Part shown: positions 25,281 to 37,838 of the stretch, in pieces
How the letters are laid out: every line of letters begins with the position of its first letter
How positions within the stretch are numbered: position 1 is the first letter of the stretch
NCBI RefSeq assembly: GCF_964213995.1
Contig: NW_027590141.1
Location: forward strand, 1,054,001 to 1,118,000
Length of the DNA: 64,000 nucleotides
Origin: Mustelus asterias
Lineage: Eukaryota
Reading direction: 5' to 3'
Position numbers and translations under genes: made by a program
The notes under the pieces: generated by a model
What the model saw: only the letters and a program-made list of their open reading frames with translations
What the model was told of the DNA's origin: nothing
Databases searched by the model: none

Positions 25281-26148
25281 TGGGTGCCTCTGGCTGATCA
25301 GCATTTATTGCCCACCCATTGTCGAGGGCAGTTGAGAGCTAAACACATTGCTGTGGCTCTGCAATCACATGTAGGTTAGATGAGGTAAGGACGGCATATG
25401 TCCTGCTCTAAAGGACATTAATGAACAAGATAGGTTTTTACACAATCGACAGTGATATCATGGTCATAAGTAGATTCTTGATTCCAGATGTTTTTACTGA
25501 ATTTAAATTCCATCATCTGCCGTGGCGGGATTCGAAGCCGGGTCCTGAGAACATTAGTTGAGTTTGTGGATTAATTGTCTAGCGATAATAACACTAGGCC
25601 ACTGGTTCTCTTCTTCTGAGATCCAGTCCCAAATTACAGTGATAGCTACCCACACCTGAAACACAATCATCCCAGCATTAAGTTACATAAATCGATAATA
25701 ATTCTTCCAATGAATTATATTTCGCTGTAATGTGTTAGAGACACAGAATTATTGCAAATCAGACTGACGTCTTTACCCTGATAAGGTAATGTCATCTGTT
25801 TATGTCCATTCCCTTGTGAAGAGGTGCAGAAATAAAGGCACTTAATTAGTACACAGTGTAAATTATTGTTTCTTGCGCACTATACAGTCAGAGCATAACG
25901 TATATAGGGAAGGAAGGGAGAGAGTGAATAATGTAAATTTTGCAGTCATAGCTGGGGTGTAGAGAAAGATGAACTTAATGCGACGGAGGTCCATTCAAAC
26001 GTCTGATTGCAGCAGGAAATAAATTGTTTTTGAGTCGGTTTATACGTGTCCTCAGACTTTTGTACCTTGTTCTCGATGGGAAAAGGTGAGAGAGTATGTC
26101 CGAAGTGCGTGGCGTTTTATTTTCATAGGATTTTAGATATTTTTACAA

Positions 26149-26655
26149 GTGTCGAATCGGAGGTTGCGTTGAGTCAGCGAGAGGCAGAAACTGGGCGCCC
26201 CTGAAACTCTTTGAGACTGACCTGCAAAGCCAACGCGTTCAATGTTGGCAGTGACTGGATGGTCTGGGTCCGACAGGTCCCTGAACAGTGTTTACAGTGT
26301 CTTCTTCAGTACGATAGTCTTGGGTCAGCCTGCAATTCCTCCGCCCCAGGGATTCAGAATCAATTTACCCAACCAAAGACACTTCAAACAACGGAAAGAG
26401 AAAATGCTGGAAAATCTCAGCAAGTCTGGCAGCATCTGTAAGTAGAGAGATGAACTGACTTTTCGATTCCAGATGACCCTTTGTCAAAACATTCGAAATG
26501 TCAGCTATTTTCTCTCCTCAGATATTGCCAGGTCTGCTGAGATTTTCCAGCATTTTCTCTTTTGGTTTCAATTCCAGAATCCGTAGTAATTTGCTTTTAT
26601 ACTTTAAACGACATCGTCTCTTTGGAAATAACTGAAAACAGAAGATTCCTATCTT
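26149..26655 (+). pseudogene. IGHV: VH pseudogene (no leader or promoter, dead splice acceptor, stop codon, frameshift, insertion, truncated in FR3, no RSS)
   Basis: ttttacAA|GT GTC GAA TCG GAG GTT..: GVESEVALSQREAETGRP*NSLRLTCKANAFNVGSDWMVWVRQVPEQCLQCLLQY..APGIQNQFT/KDTSNN[insert]IVSLEIT..KTED; aligns with the VH at 37123. Confidence 0.88.
26393..26600. mobile_element. Palindromic (Penelope-like) insertion in psiVH FR3
   Basis: ~44-bp inverted arms (aaagagaaaatgctggaaaatctcagca / tgctgagattttccagcattttctcttt); imperfect 12-bp TSD acttcaaacaac 26381-26392 / actttaaacgac 26601-26612; related copy at 33785-33890. Confidence 0.7.
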
Positions 26656-27343
26656 TACCCTGTCTGTTCTGCATAGACTCCAATTCCACTATGATGAAAA
26701 TGACTCTTAGCCACTACTGAAATTGCCGGGCAGGCCATCCAGTTGTATCAAAGCTGCTAGGGAAAAACAAATAATAAAATCATCCAGAGGGCAGGTTTCA
26801 ACAAGGTGGTTCACAACCGCCTTCTCAGCAGGGACAACTAAATGTTGGCTTTGTCAGTGATGCTCACATCCAGAGGATCAATAACAACAGTGTAAAGTGC
26901 TGCCGATTCTGGAAATCTAAAACTAAAGCAACACAAATGCTACTGAGCAGGTCAGTGTGCATAAGCAGAGAGAGAACCAGATTCACATTTAAAATCGATG
27001 CCAGGATGCAAAATTTCATTGATATAATTCTAAAGAGCAAGGCTGTTCTCCCCAATATCCTACCTTAATACTGATTCTTCAAACAAAATCACAAATTTAC
27101 TGGCAATTTATCACATCTCGGTTTGTGGGAGTTTGTTGTACGTACATTACCTGTTGTATTTGCAATATGATAGCAGTGACTAAATTCAGCAAAGGTATAT
27201 TAGTGAGTTTTAAGAACTTTGGGACTACATGAAGTCCGGTAAAGCGTTTTATAAATGTAAGCTCTACCAAAATGAAAGTTGTAATACGTTGGAAGTGCTG
27301 AGAGATTAATGCGAATATATTCATTCCTCTGCTGATCATAGCA

Positions 27344-27830
27344 GCATAGAATCATAGAATCCAGTGCAGTGCAGCAGGAGGCCATTCGGTCCATCAAGTC
27401 TGCAGCTGCTCTCCAGAAGAGCATCCTATCCAGGCCCAGCCTTCACCCTATCCCGACAACCTCACATATTCAGAGGCTAATGTCTCTAACCTACACATCG
27501 TTGGACACTAAGGGGCAATTTAGAATCGCCAATCCACCTTGGGCCTGGGAATGATGCCCTGCTGGACAGCTGGTGCAGACTTGATGAAGCGAATGGTCTC
27601 CTTCTGCACTGTAGGGACTCTGTGATTCTCCGTTGCTCATCCTTGGACTCAAAGGAGCAATTTATCATACCAATCCACATAACCCGTACATCCTTGGACT
27701 GTGGAAGGAAACCGGAGCACCGGAGGAAACTCACATGGACATGGTCGAATGTGAAAAACCACACACAGTCACCCAAGTTTGGAATCGAACCCGCTTCCCT
27801 GTCACTGTGAGGCAGCAATGCTACTTGTAT
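27344..27830 (-). mobile_element. Composite V-SINE fragments
   Basis: catagaatcatagaatc tail, V core and B-box on the reverse strand, with an inverted internal piece. Confidence 0.6.
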
Positions 27831-29058
27831 CACTTAGTGATAACCACACTGGATTTTTTATTCTTCCCTCGTGTGAGTCTGATCACTAATTATGACAGGA
27901 ATGTTTCACACATCAGTTCTCTTTGTTTTAACTTGTCTAGTTGAAGCAATTGAGATCATCAATCAAATTAACGTTCAATGGAATACCAGCCTGTTCACAG
28001 ATTCTTTATTTATTGTGACATCAGAACTTTCAGAACAAATTCTTAAATAGAATGTATTTATTCATTTAATTAAATAGCATCTGATGTAATGTATGTTAAA
28101 AAATATTTCTATTCATTTTGAACCAACTGTTAATATTCTTAAAATAACCGCTATTTTGAGTTGAAACGAATGAATAAGTGACGGTTTATCTGTTTTTGCT
28201 GCCATGAACATTTCATTGTAAACAGTGAGGTGTTTATGTAAATAAACACAGAAATAGAAATCCCAGATTAGATTGTTGACTGACGAAAACACAACAAATA
28301 TTTCCCCACCAACACAGCACAGAAATAGAGACAAACATGCAAATCGATCAACGGATTCCAGAAATGATTGTTTTTGTACTTTAGTTATTCATCGATTATA
28401 TGAGGAAAAAAATCATGACAATATCTATGTTCAGAATTAGGAAATAATCCATCTGATCCCGAAATGTGATAACACGGCAAATGTGTTCGTGGAAATTCCG
28501 TGTTTCATCTCTCTCTCTGTCTTTCTCCTTCCGGTTCTGTGTCTTGTCTCTTCACGATAGTTCATCGTCTTCCCTCCACAACCTGAATTCAACGTTGCCC
28601 AATGTATTCTCTCAGCCAGAGTTGTAAGGAATGCAGCGCAATGAATTGGAATCCATGAGGGAGATTTACTCTAAAAGATCTCTTGAGCATTCTATGATCT
28701 TGGGATATTTTATACATTTTCCTCTGTATCTAACCTGTGTTGTACCTCGTAACAAGGATTCGATGTGGCAGTACCAAAGAAATTTTCCCTGTATTTATCC
28801 CTGCCCTTGGACTGTTTGACTGGACATTGTAGAGGAATATTTAGTCTGCATCTAAACTCACGTACCTGCCCTTTGAATGTTTGATATTACTTGTAAAGGG
28901 AGATTTAATCCGTATCCAATCTCTGCTGTACCTGACCTGGGTGTATTTTATGGACTGTGTCGAGGGACCTTCCCCCTCTACCGAACACCAATTCAAACTT
29001 GCCTCCCGATTCTCTGAAGGAAAAATGCAGAAGTGGTTTTACCTAGAAGAGAGTCCCT

Positions 29059-29421
29059 GGGCGGCACGGTAGCACTGTGGTTAGCACTGCTGCTTCACAG
29101 CTCCAGGGTCCTGGGTTCGATTCCTGGCTTGGGTCACTGTCTGTGTGGAGTTTGCACATTCTCCTCGTGTCTGCATGGGTTTCCTCCAGGTGCTCCGGTT
29201 TCCTCCCACAGTCCAAAGATGTGTGGGTTAGGTTGATTGGCCAGGTTAAAAAAAAATTGCCCCTTAGAGTCCTGGGATGCGTAGGTTAGAGGGATTAGCG
29301 AGTAAATTAGCAGGTAAAAAAAAAGGGATTAGCGGGGAGGGCCTGGGTGGGATTGTGGTCGGTGCAGACTCGATGGGCCGAATGGCCTCCTTCTGCACTG
29401 TAGGGTTTCGATGATTCTATG
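29059..29421 (+). mobile_element. V-SINE (HE1-like), well preserved
   Basis: gggcggcacggtagcactgtggttagc, ggttcgattcc, V core, CR1-like tail gggccgaatggcctccttctgcactgtag...attctatg. Confidence 0.88.
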
Positions 29422-32400
29422 GTCTGTATGCCTTCACTGTGTTTGAGCAGACTTTGTAGAGGGAGTTCCACTCTTTTTCTGGACAGTCTCCCTTTTCCAG
29501 GAATGTTTGATTTTGATAGTGAGAGGGAGGTTCACTTTGTATCAAAATCATGCTATTCCTGACTTGGGAGTGTTAAATTTGGCAATGCATGGGGGAACTT
29601 TACAGCTAACCCCATGTTACTCTTGTCCTGTGAATTTTTGATGGGGCAGTAGGCCGTCTCTCCAAATTTCATGGAGATTGAACCAGCTTCTTTATTAGAC
29701 AGTAAATTTACCCTGTGTCAGCTTCTATTATATAAGGTCATGCCTCGGTTTATGTTGCACGAGACCCTATCTCTACACATATTAAACAAGATGCTTTCTC
29801 TGACTATACTAAATTAGACCTTGTCCTTGTTTATATCATGCATCAACATGTTTCAGTTTATATCAAACTAGACGCTGTATCGGTTTGTATTAATTTAGAC
29901 CTGTCTGTTTGTATTAAACTAGATGGAGTCTTATTTCTGCACTTGACCCTATCCACGTTTATATTGCATTGGACCTGTCTCAGTTTTTACTGCACTGGAC
30001 AATGCCAGTAATGAGGAAAGTGTTTAGGGGGACACAATTCTCTGCATCCTCTTAAACAAGGAAAAGAAGCAGTGTTATCTGAAATCTACTTCTGCTGACT
30101 GCATTGAGAATGGTTACTAAGACCTGTATAGCATGCACTGTCAACACAGATCAAAGAACAAGAAAAGTTACTGCAGAGGAACAGGCCCTTCGGCACTGGA
30201 TCCCCGCACCGACCAAATACTGTCGATCCAATACTGCCTGTTTCAGAATCCTGCCAGAGACCACTGTTTTTCATCCAACATAATATCTCTTCTTCTCGTA
30301 GAACCGCGGATAAATGCAGACATCATTCAAATAGAGGCAAAGTTAAGCACAGGCATAACACTAACACAGTCTAGTGAAATATGTACAGGGTCAGGATCAA
30401 ATATTACTTAACCAGAGAGTATGGCTTGTGCAATATAAACTGATTTCTAGTCTAGCAGTGTATTAACAGAGACAGACTCTAATTTAACATAAACCCTGAT
30501 CCAGCAAAATAAAAATGGGTTTCTTTCCGAGTGCCATGTGGGGATGGTCAAAGGCCAAATGCTGATCTTTTCAGTGACACCCACATCCCATGAAACAAAC
30601 ATTACAAATATATATGACAATGTCGAGGAAAATAAAACTGAGACAGTGTCTAGTGCAGTTTTACTGGACATAGGCGCTTATGCATATAAACTGAGACAGA
30701 GCCCAGTAATTAATGATACAGGACCTAAATGTCTTTAGAGTGAGACGGAGTCAAGTGCATTAGTAATAATTACTAATAGATACAGGACAGTGACAGATGT
30801 AAACTGAGACAGAGTCCAGTGTATTAGTAATGATTACTGATACAGCACCTAGACTGATGTAAACTGAGACAGAGCCCAGTTTATTTGTAATAATTACTGG
30901 TACAGGGCCTAGACTGACACACACAGAGATACGGACAATGCAGCAATTAGGAGGTATTGCAAAATGCAATTATAGCTCAGACGTGATGTAGTCTGAAATA
31001 AATAAATACATGGACTGGTGCAGCATTAACGCAAACAGGATCGAGTTTATCAAAATCTAATGAACTATTAGCAAAATAACTGTGACAGAACCATGTGTCA
31101 TGCATGAAGCAGTTGCTCCAGTTTAGTATGCAGTGGCAAATGTTCTGAGGCAGTAAGAATTGAGACACGGCCTCTTGTCAGATCAGCAGAAGCATGGCTC
31201 AGTACAGCCATAACTTAGAAATTATAATATAAACAGGGCCTGTGTCTCATATACGAACACCTGATATTGAGCCAAGTGCAGGACAAAGCTTAGACATGAC
31301 CTCCTGGAATGTGATCCAGGCGCAGCCTACTGTAATATAGACAGACGCAGAAGCTAGCTGAATATAGGCAGAGATATGGTATGTTTAAAATTGTTTCATG
31401 TGATTTTGATGTCACTGGGAAAGTCAGCTTTTGTTGTCAAACCATGATTTCCTTTGAGAATATGGCGGCAGGCTTTGGGAAGCTGGTGGGTGGGGTGTTC
31501 TTCGAGCCAGCTACTTTCTCCAGAATGACATTGAGCTTTTGAGTGGCACAAGTCAGGCAAGTAGGGAATATTCAATCATTTGTGTCGGCATATATTTGGT
31601 GGGCCGAAGGGCCTGTTCCTGTGCTTGACTGTTCTGTGATATTTGTTCATACTCCAGCCTTTTGCCTTGTAGATGATGGATAGGAGTTTGGAATTCAGGA
31701 GGTGCGTTGTTCACAGCAGAACTCCGAGCGTCTGACCTGCTCCTGTGGCCACATGATTTAAACGTCTGTCTCCGTTCAGATTTTCACGAATTATAATTCC
31801 CAGGATGTTGATCATGGGCGAATTCAGCGATGGGTAATGCCATTTAATGTCATGGGGAGTGGTTTGGAATCTCCCTCATTGGAGACTGTCATTGCCTGCC
31901 ACTTGTGGTGCATGAATGTTCCTTGTCATTCATTATCCAAAGACTGAATGTTTTCTAAATCTTACTGCATTTGGGCACAGACTGTGTCAGTAACTGAGGA
32001 GTCGCAACTGGTGCGGAACTTTGTGCAATCACCTGTGAAAATCCCACTTCTGAACTTTGATGAAGGCTGAAGCTTGGGGCTAGGTCACTACCTGAAGAAT
32101 TCCTGCAGCAATGCGTGTGACTGGCATGATTGACCATCAACAACCATCTTCCTTTGTGCTCAGCATGACTCAGGCAGTGGACTCTGTTCCCCCTGATTCC
32201 CATTGACTGCAGTTTCGCTCGGGTCCTTGATGCCACAAACGGTCAGACGCTGTGTCGATGTCAAGGGCAGGCACTCTCTATTCACCCTTTTAATTTATGT
32301 TTTTAAATCAATATTTGGACTCTTTCCAAATCATTTCTGGAATCGAGTGCTCCGTGCGGGACCCAAATTGAGCATCATGGTGTGTGTGTGTGTTGTGTGA

Positions 32401-32979
32401 AACACATCGTGTTTTATACAAATTAATTCCACAATGATCACTTGCATCCTTCCATTTACACTACATGATGGACACACAATAAACACATCCAATTCAGATT
32501 GGCTTCCTTTACATATGTCACCTTTTCTAATGATTGAGGAGGCCAATTTTTGAAAAGTTAGTTCTGCCACAAGTGCTGCCCATTAAGCTACCATTCGTCA
32601 TTGTGTGTTATCGTTTTGTATCATGAATGGATATTAGGAGCTTTGGTGTAGAGCCAGTTATCACCAAAATCCTGTATTCCTTGCCCTGCTGACGGTGTTG
32701 AATGTCTTCGTGAGATTGGCCGAAGTACGTTAAAGATATGGACATATATGGAACATGGAGAAGTTGTTGGCTGGAGTAAATGTTCCAACACAGTCATTAC
32801 ACTGCACATCAGGAACACCCGGTCTGCAAGCAGATGATGTATTTCAAGTGTGACCCCAGCAAAGATCTTACCCGTGATGTTATGACTGAGATATGTTGGT
32901 AGTTGTAATAGTCTCTTCCATCGGTTTACTTTGCAAAAAGTGTGATAAATTTGAATCATGCCTGTCTTATGGAATGATG

Positions 32980-33290
32980 GGTGCCATGGTGGCACAGTGG
33001 TTAGCTCTGTTGCCTCACAGTGCCAGGGCCACTGGTTTGGTTCCGGCTTGGGTCAGTGTCTGTGCGGAGTCTGTACTTTCTCCCCGTTTATGCGTGGATT
33101 TCTTCTGGGTGGTCCAGTTTCCTGCACAGTCCGAAAAGGCATGCTGGTAATGTGTACTGACCAGGCTAAATTCTCCCTCAGTGTACCCGAACAGAAGCTA
33201 CAGTGTGGCGACTCAGGGATTTTACAGTGACTTCATTGCAGTGTTAATGTAAGCCTACTTGTGACATTAATAAATGAACTACAAACCTTA
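32980..33290 (+). mobile_element. V-SINE (alternative-tail subfamily)
   Basis: ggtggcacagtggttagc head; tail acttcattgcagtgttaatgtaagcctacttgtgac. Confidence 0.78.
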
Positions 33291-36200
33291 AATCTTCCAG
33301 CAAATAAGGAGAATGTCATAAATGTTCAGAAAGATAGTAATTATTTTCACCAATGACCATCCATTCGCAATTTAATAAATGCATTCACCAATTCTCATTC
33401 ATTCACAAAGGTTAGTCTATTTAAAATTAATTGATGGAAGGTGGGCGACTGTCTAAGCTATAATTTAATAGAGTCAAAGTTTCGAGTCGGGATGACCCTT
33501 TTTTTTATTTGGGGGAAATTGAAGAGGGTGATGACATTGGGAAATGATGAGGTGGAAAGGGATTAGGATATAGTTAGCGATTGAGATGTTGATTAGGTTA
33601 GTTAGCATGGAGAACTTGATTTTTGGGATCGGTATGTAAATTGATGAAACTTGTGTGTGGCTCGAAATCGTGCATATAATTAAACAGTATCTATTTGAAC
33701 TATTCCCATTTCACAGGAAAGTTATGCAGCTTCTCTGACACCCTGTTAGAAACAATGATGATCTCTCCAACGCATCAGGAATACTCTGCCGAAGCGTCAT
33801 CCAGACTCGAAACGTTGGCTCTATTCTGTCTCCACAGATGCTGTCAGACCTGCTGAGATTTTCCAGCATTTTCTGTTTGTTTCCAGTATTTCCTTCTATA
33901 CAACTTTGCTTTGAATAATTTATTGATATTAACATTTATTGACACCTTTTTGTCACCAAGGATAAAATCTGTCCCAGAATTCAGTTGGAAATTGAATGAA
34001 TACAGACCGAGGATCATGAGTAGCGACCCAGCAGACTCTGCGCTTTAAACTCCTGAATCATAACTGGTGTGATGATTTCCAAAGTAATCATACTAATTAA
34101 ACAACCTGCACCAAATATGATTTTACTGAATCTTTAAATCCCGATTCATTATTACACGGTTTTGGGAAATAATGTAACACTTGTAGTTGTCCAGTGAGTT
34201 TCACAATATATCTGTTGCCACATTATTTATTTTACAGCTTGTTACCTTCACTAATTTGGGTGAGGGCATGGTGAGTAATTTGCTGCACATGTTTCAAATA
34301 TTACAATCCTCCCTCCTCAGCCAAATCATGTTCCCTCTTTCGATCTTGGATATGAATATTCAGCATCAGCAGAGAAATGAACCATCCGTGCCGCAGGAAA
34401 ATGCCCTCTTCTTTTCGTGAGGATCAGTTTGCTAACTCCCTCGAAAATCGGGTTTGATTTCACCCAGACCCTCTGGAAGTATTGAAGTTATTAGGCTGAC
34501 AGAAATGGAAACAAGGAACTGTTTCAATTTATGAACCAGTCAAGTACAAATATGGGAATGTGGAACAGCATCTTTCAGTACCATTTAACAATGCATCCAT
34601 CAATCCGTTCACTGATTCCTCAATCAAAATATTCAGGCATCCAACTGATATTCATATCATTCATTCAACGGTCATTCATTCCTGCATCAACACAGTCATT
34701 CATTTATTGTTTGCGCAGATGGTGACGTAATATTAATTTAATTGGCCCAGTGATCCAGAGACCCAGGACAATGATGTGGGGACAGGGATTTAAATCGGAG
34801 CATTGCAGCTGGTGGAATTTGAATTCAATTAATAAATATGGAACAGATACTAATGGCGACCATCGGACCCTCTCTGATTCCCCAATGAGTGAAATCTGCC
34901 ATCGCTACCTGGTCTCACAAGGATGTGACTCCAGATGGACAGCAAAATAGCTGACTCCTTAATATCTTCAGAAGTGGCCGAGAAAACCAGTCAGTTCAAG
35001 GGAATTTGGGACAGACAAAAAGTGCCGTCTTTGCATCCAAACATCCCATGGAAAGATAAAGGGAAAGAAAATACAAACATACATGTTCATGTATCGTCTC
35101 TCTGAGACATTTCTCAGTTTGCCTGTAATTCTTTCTATCCATCTAACACCATATCCTGATGTGTTGGAAAAATCATCATTGTTGCTAACAGGGTGCCAGA
35201 GAAGCTGCATGGAATTCCTTTCATTAGAGATGGGAAAAATTCATCTAGATTTACAACTTTAAAAAAGTAAAGTGCCTGCAGTACTGTTGCTGGGTAGATT
35301 TATTTATAAATAGGCCTGATTGACAACGTGAAGGGTTTTAAGTTGGCTTGCAGCCAAGCGGTCAGTACTGAGGAAACAGATCATTGTTCTGCTGCACAAC
35401 ACCCCCAGATGCTTCCTGTCAATAACTTTGAGCATTTGACAGCAGTTTGGATTGCTGCCAAATACTGTGCGGGACAGATTAGCGTGAACCTAAACGGACA
35501 AAATGGGATTCAGCCATTTAAACAATAAATGTTTCATTCCCACAAGAATGACACATTTTAAATCGTAATCATTCTAATCAAATATTTTCATTCAATGGCC
35601 TCTTCATTATGTGAGTAAATAGTATCGCAAAACAATAAAGTGACCAGATGCTTTTTCATTTGTATAACTTCCAAGTAAATGTCATTCCACTAATTAAAGT
35701 CTGTTTATTAACCACTTCATGAAATGCGAGAGAGAGATGTTGATGGTCCCAATTCCCCAGTCAATTGAATTCAGTGCAATGGCATAAAATGCATCGAAAT
35801 CATATTAAGGGAACATCATAAAACTGACATGAACAGCGGGAATTCCTGGAATATTCTGAACGTTCTGTATCGCATTTAAACAGCAGCGTCTCTTGTACCT
35901 GATTAACACCCTATTCTATTGTACAGTATAATCTGATTCCTGTTATTGAAGAGTTCCAATCATAGCTGCCAATAAGTGGAGAAATGATCAGTTCATAACC
36001 TGATTCAATGGAAGATAAAACATTTATTCTTGTGATATTGTGCAATGTGCCGCAAAGCCCTGATATCTTGTGTTCGCAATACCAGCGAATGTTAGAGCCG
36101 GTGGCCGATAGAGTGACCTGCAATGATCTGGATGCTGAAGGAGAACTTTATTGATCTCCGTGTCCGTTCCATTCATTAACTTCTCTGTCAAAAGTCGAGG

Positions 36201-36780
36201 TTAATTTTATGTTTCTCTGTCAACTCACTATTTAATTATCAGGAGGGCGGGATTCTTATTATTTTCAAAGGGCTGTCTTCGAGATTGGGGTCGTTTGACA
36301 AATATAAGGAGAAACATTGTATTGTGTGAGAGTTTCTTCTCATCTCCAAACCCAAACTGTACAGTGATAGGCATCCACACTGTAAATGCAATCACTTTGT
36401 TCATACCCCCTCATTTAGTTACAGAAATCGGTAAAACTTCTTCTGATAAATGATGCTTTATTATTGTAATGTGACAGAGACCCGGAATTGTTGCAACACA
36501 GACTGACGGTCTCTTTATTTTCCACAAATGTTATTTCATCATTTTCAGATTTGTGTTCTTCTTGGGGGCGTGGTAATAAAATCACCATATTTACAATGGA
36601 ATTAGTTATTTTAAATAAAGAAATGATGAACTGCAATATCACCATCAGAAATAATGGAGACAATACAATGGACATATTCAGCCAAACAAATATCCCGATA
36701 CAGATAAAATGTCCATTTTAATATTAACCTATTGTAAATCTGGAAGTCCATTCTGTTGGGTGTGGAAGGTGGGACCTGGA

Positions 36781-36860
36781 TCCAGTCGCCGCCTCCAGAA
36801 GGGAATCAACAGGCGGCGCCTGGAAAGCCGCCCCCTGCTGCCGGGTATTTAAATGACGCT
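36781..36860 (+). promoter_or_regulatory. VH promoter: GC-rich block with 14-bp inverted repeat, CTCF-like motifs, TATA-like TATTTAAA (36846-36853) and adjacent TGACG; no octamer seen
   Basis: Position ~92 nt upstream of the leader ATG; motifs read directly, function inferred. Confidence 0.6.
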
Positions 36861-36944
36861 CACCGGGACCGGAATCCAACAGTCCGGGAGCTGGTTTGTT
36901 CACTGAGTTCCTGACACAACCATTTCCCCCAATTTACCAGAAGG

Positions 36945-36990
36945 ATGAGGTCGGCGATTACTCTCAGTTTGTTGCTGACTTTCTTATCCG
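36945..36990 (+). CDS. IGHV: IgH leader exon (MRSAITLSLLLTFLS-G)
   Basis: ATG, hydrophobic signal peptide, phase-1 donor G|gtgagt at 36991. Confidence 0.93.
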
Positions 36991-37122
36991 GTGAGTAGTT
37001 ATTTTTCATTGTCCAAGTCTCCCACAGTTACTGTCTCAGTTTTAGTCGATCTCTGTAATATTCCAGAGTCAAAAATCATTACACCAGGATTAATCCTCGG
37101 GTTTTTTGATCTATTTTTACAG

Positions 37123-37427
37123 GTGTCCAGACGCAGGTTTTGTTGACTCAGCCAGAGGCAGAGACCGGGCGTCCCGGAGGCTCCCTGACACTGACCTGTA
37201 AAACCAGCGGCTTCGCTCTTAGCAGCGCTTACATGTACTGGATCCGACAGGTTCCCGGGCAGGGGCTGGAGTGGCTGGTTTACTACTATAGTTCATCTGA
37301 CAACAGCTACGCCCCAGCAATTAAGGATCGATTTACTGCGTCCAAAGACACTTCAAGCAACATCTTCTCTTTGGAAGTGACGAGGCTGAAGACCGAAGAC
37401 ACCGCCATCTATTACTGTGCAAGAGAC
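37123..37427 (+). CDS. IGHV: Germline VH exon, open frame
   Basis: Acceptor ttttacag; [62 protein letters not shown] with canonical Cys/Trp/Cys. Confidence 0.97.
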
Positions 37428-37466
37428 CACAGCGAGAGGAACTAGGGATGGACCCGAACAAGAACA
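37428..37466 (+). other. VH 23-RSS
   Basis: Heptamer CACAGCG, 23-nt spacer, nonamer ACAAGAACA. Confidence 0.9.
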
Positions 37467-37838
37467 GCTCGAGAGGGAATTCAGCAACTTCCATCATAAC
37501 CTGAAGGTCAGTGCTTGTTTTAAATATAACACTAACGACAGTGATCAGAACGAAAACACAAACCGCTTCTGACAAACCCAACTTAGTGAAAATTAAACAT
37601 TAAACCAAGAAAACACACAGACATAACGGGCTGAGCTTTTCACTCTGTTTATATTTACTGTTAACAGTTTCAGCAATTACACACCTGGATATAATGCTCG
37701 TTTTAGTATTTCTGACACTTGGAGGAGATGTTTTTAGATTGTGTTTTGTAAACTGTTGCATGAAGTGTAAATTACATCACAAATAATGGTCTATTTGAAG
37801 TGAATATTGAGCGGCAGTACTGAACAGAAAGTAAGTGC

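Larger units (their letters stand above)
4800..26655 (+). repeat. Copy A of the duplicated IgH 5' flank plus VH unit (expanded by later LINE/SINE insertions)
   Basis: Colinear homologous blocks A/B: 4800-5100/26660-26940, 5500-5930/27950-28380, 8720-10200/29700-31200, 10500-11950/31200-32370, 14480-15170/32400-33420, 16030-16890/33930-34350, 23250-24890/34600-36240, 25620-25800/36340-36540, psiVH/VH. Confidence 0.88.
26656..37427 (+). repeat. Copy B of the duplicated 5' flank plus functional VH
   Basis: See copy A; begins immediately where the psiVH breaks off. Confidence 0.85.

Noticed and set aside
25850-26112. Possible leader or promoter of the psiVH
   Set aside because: No leader exon or GC-rich promoter homolog; looks like an unrelated repeat fragment replacing the region equivalent to 36540-37095
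29059-29140. tRNA gene-like A/B boxes
   Set aside because: They are tRNA-derived SINE heads followed by the V-SINE core
37413-37419. Cryptic heptamer TACTGTG in VH FR3 (VH replacement)
   Set aside because: Dictated by the YC codons, and the only upstream V has no RSS to act as donor
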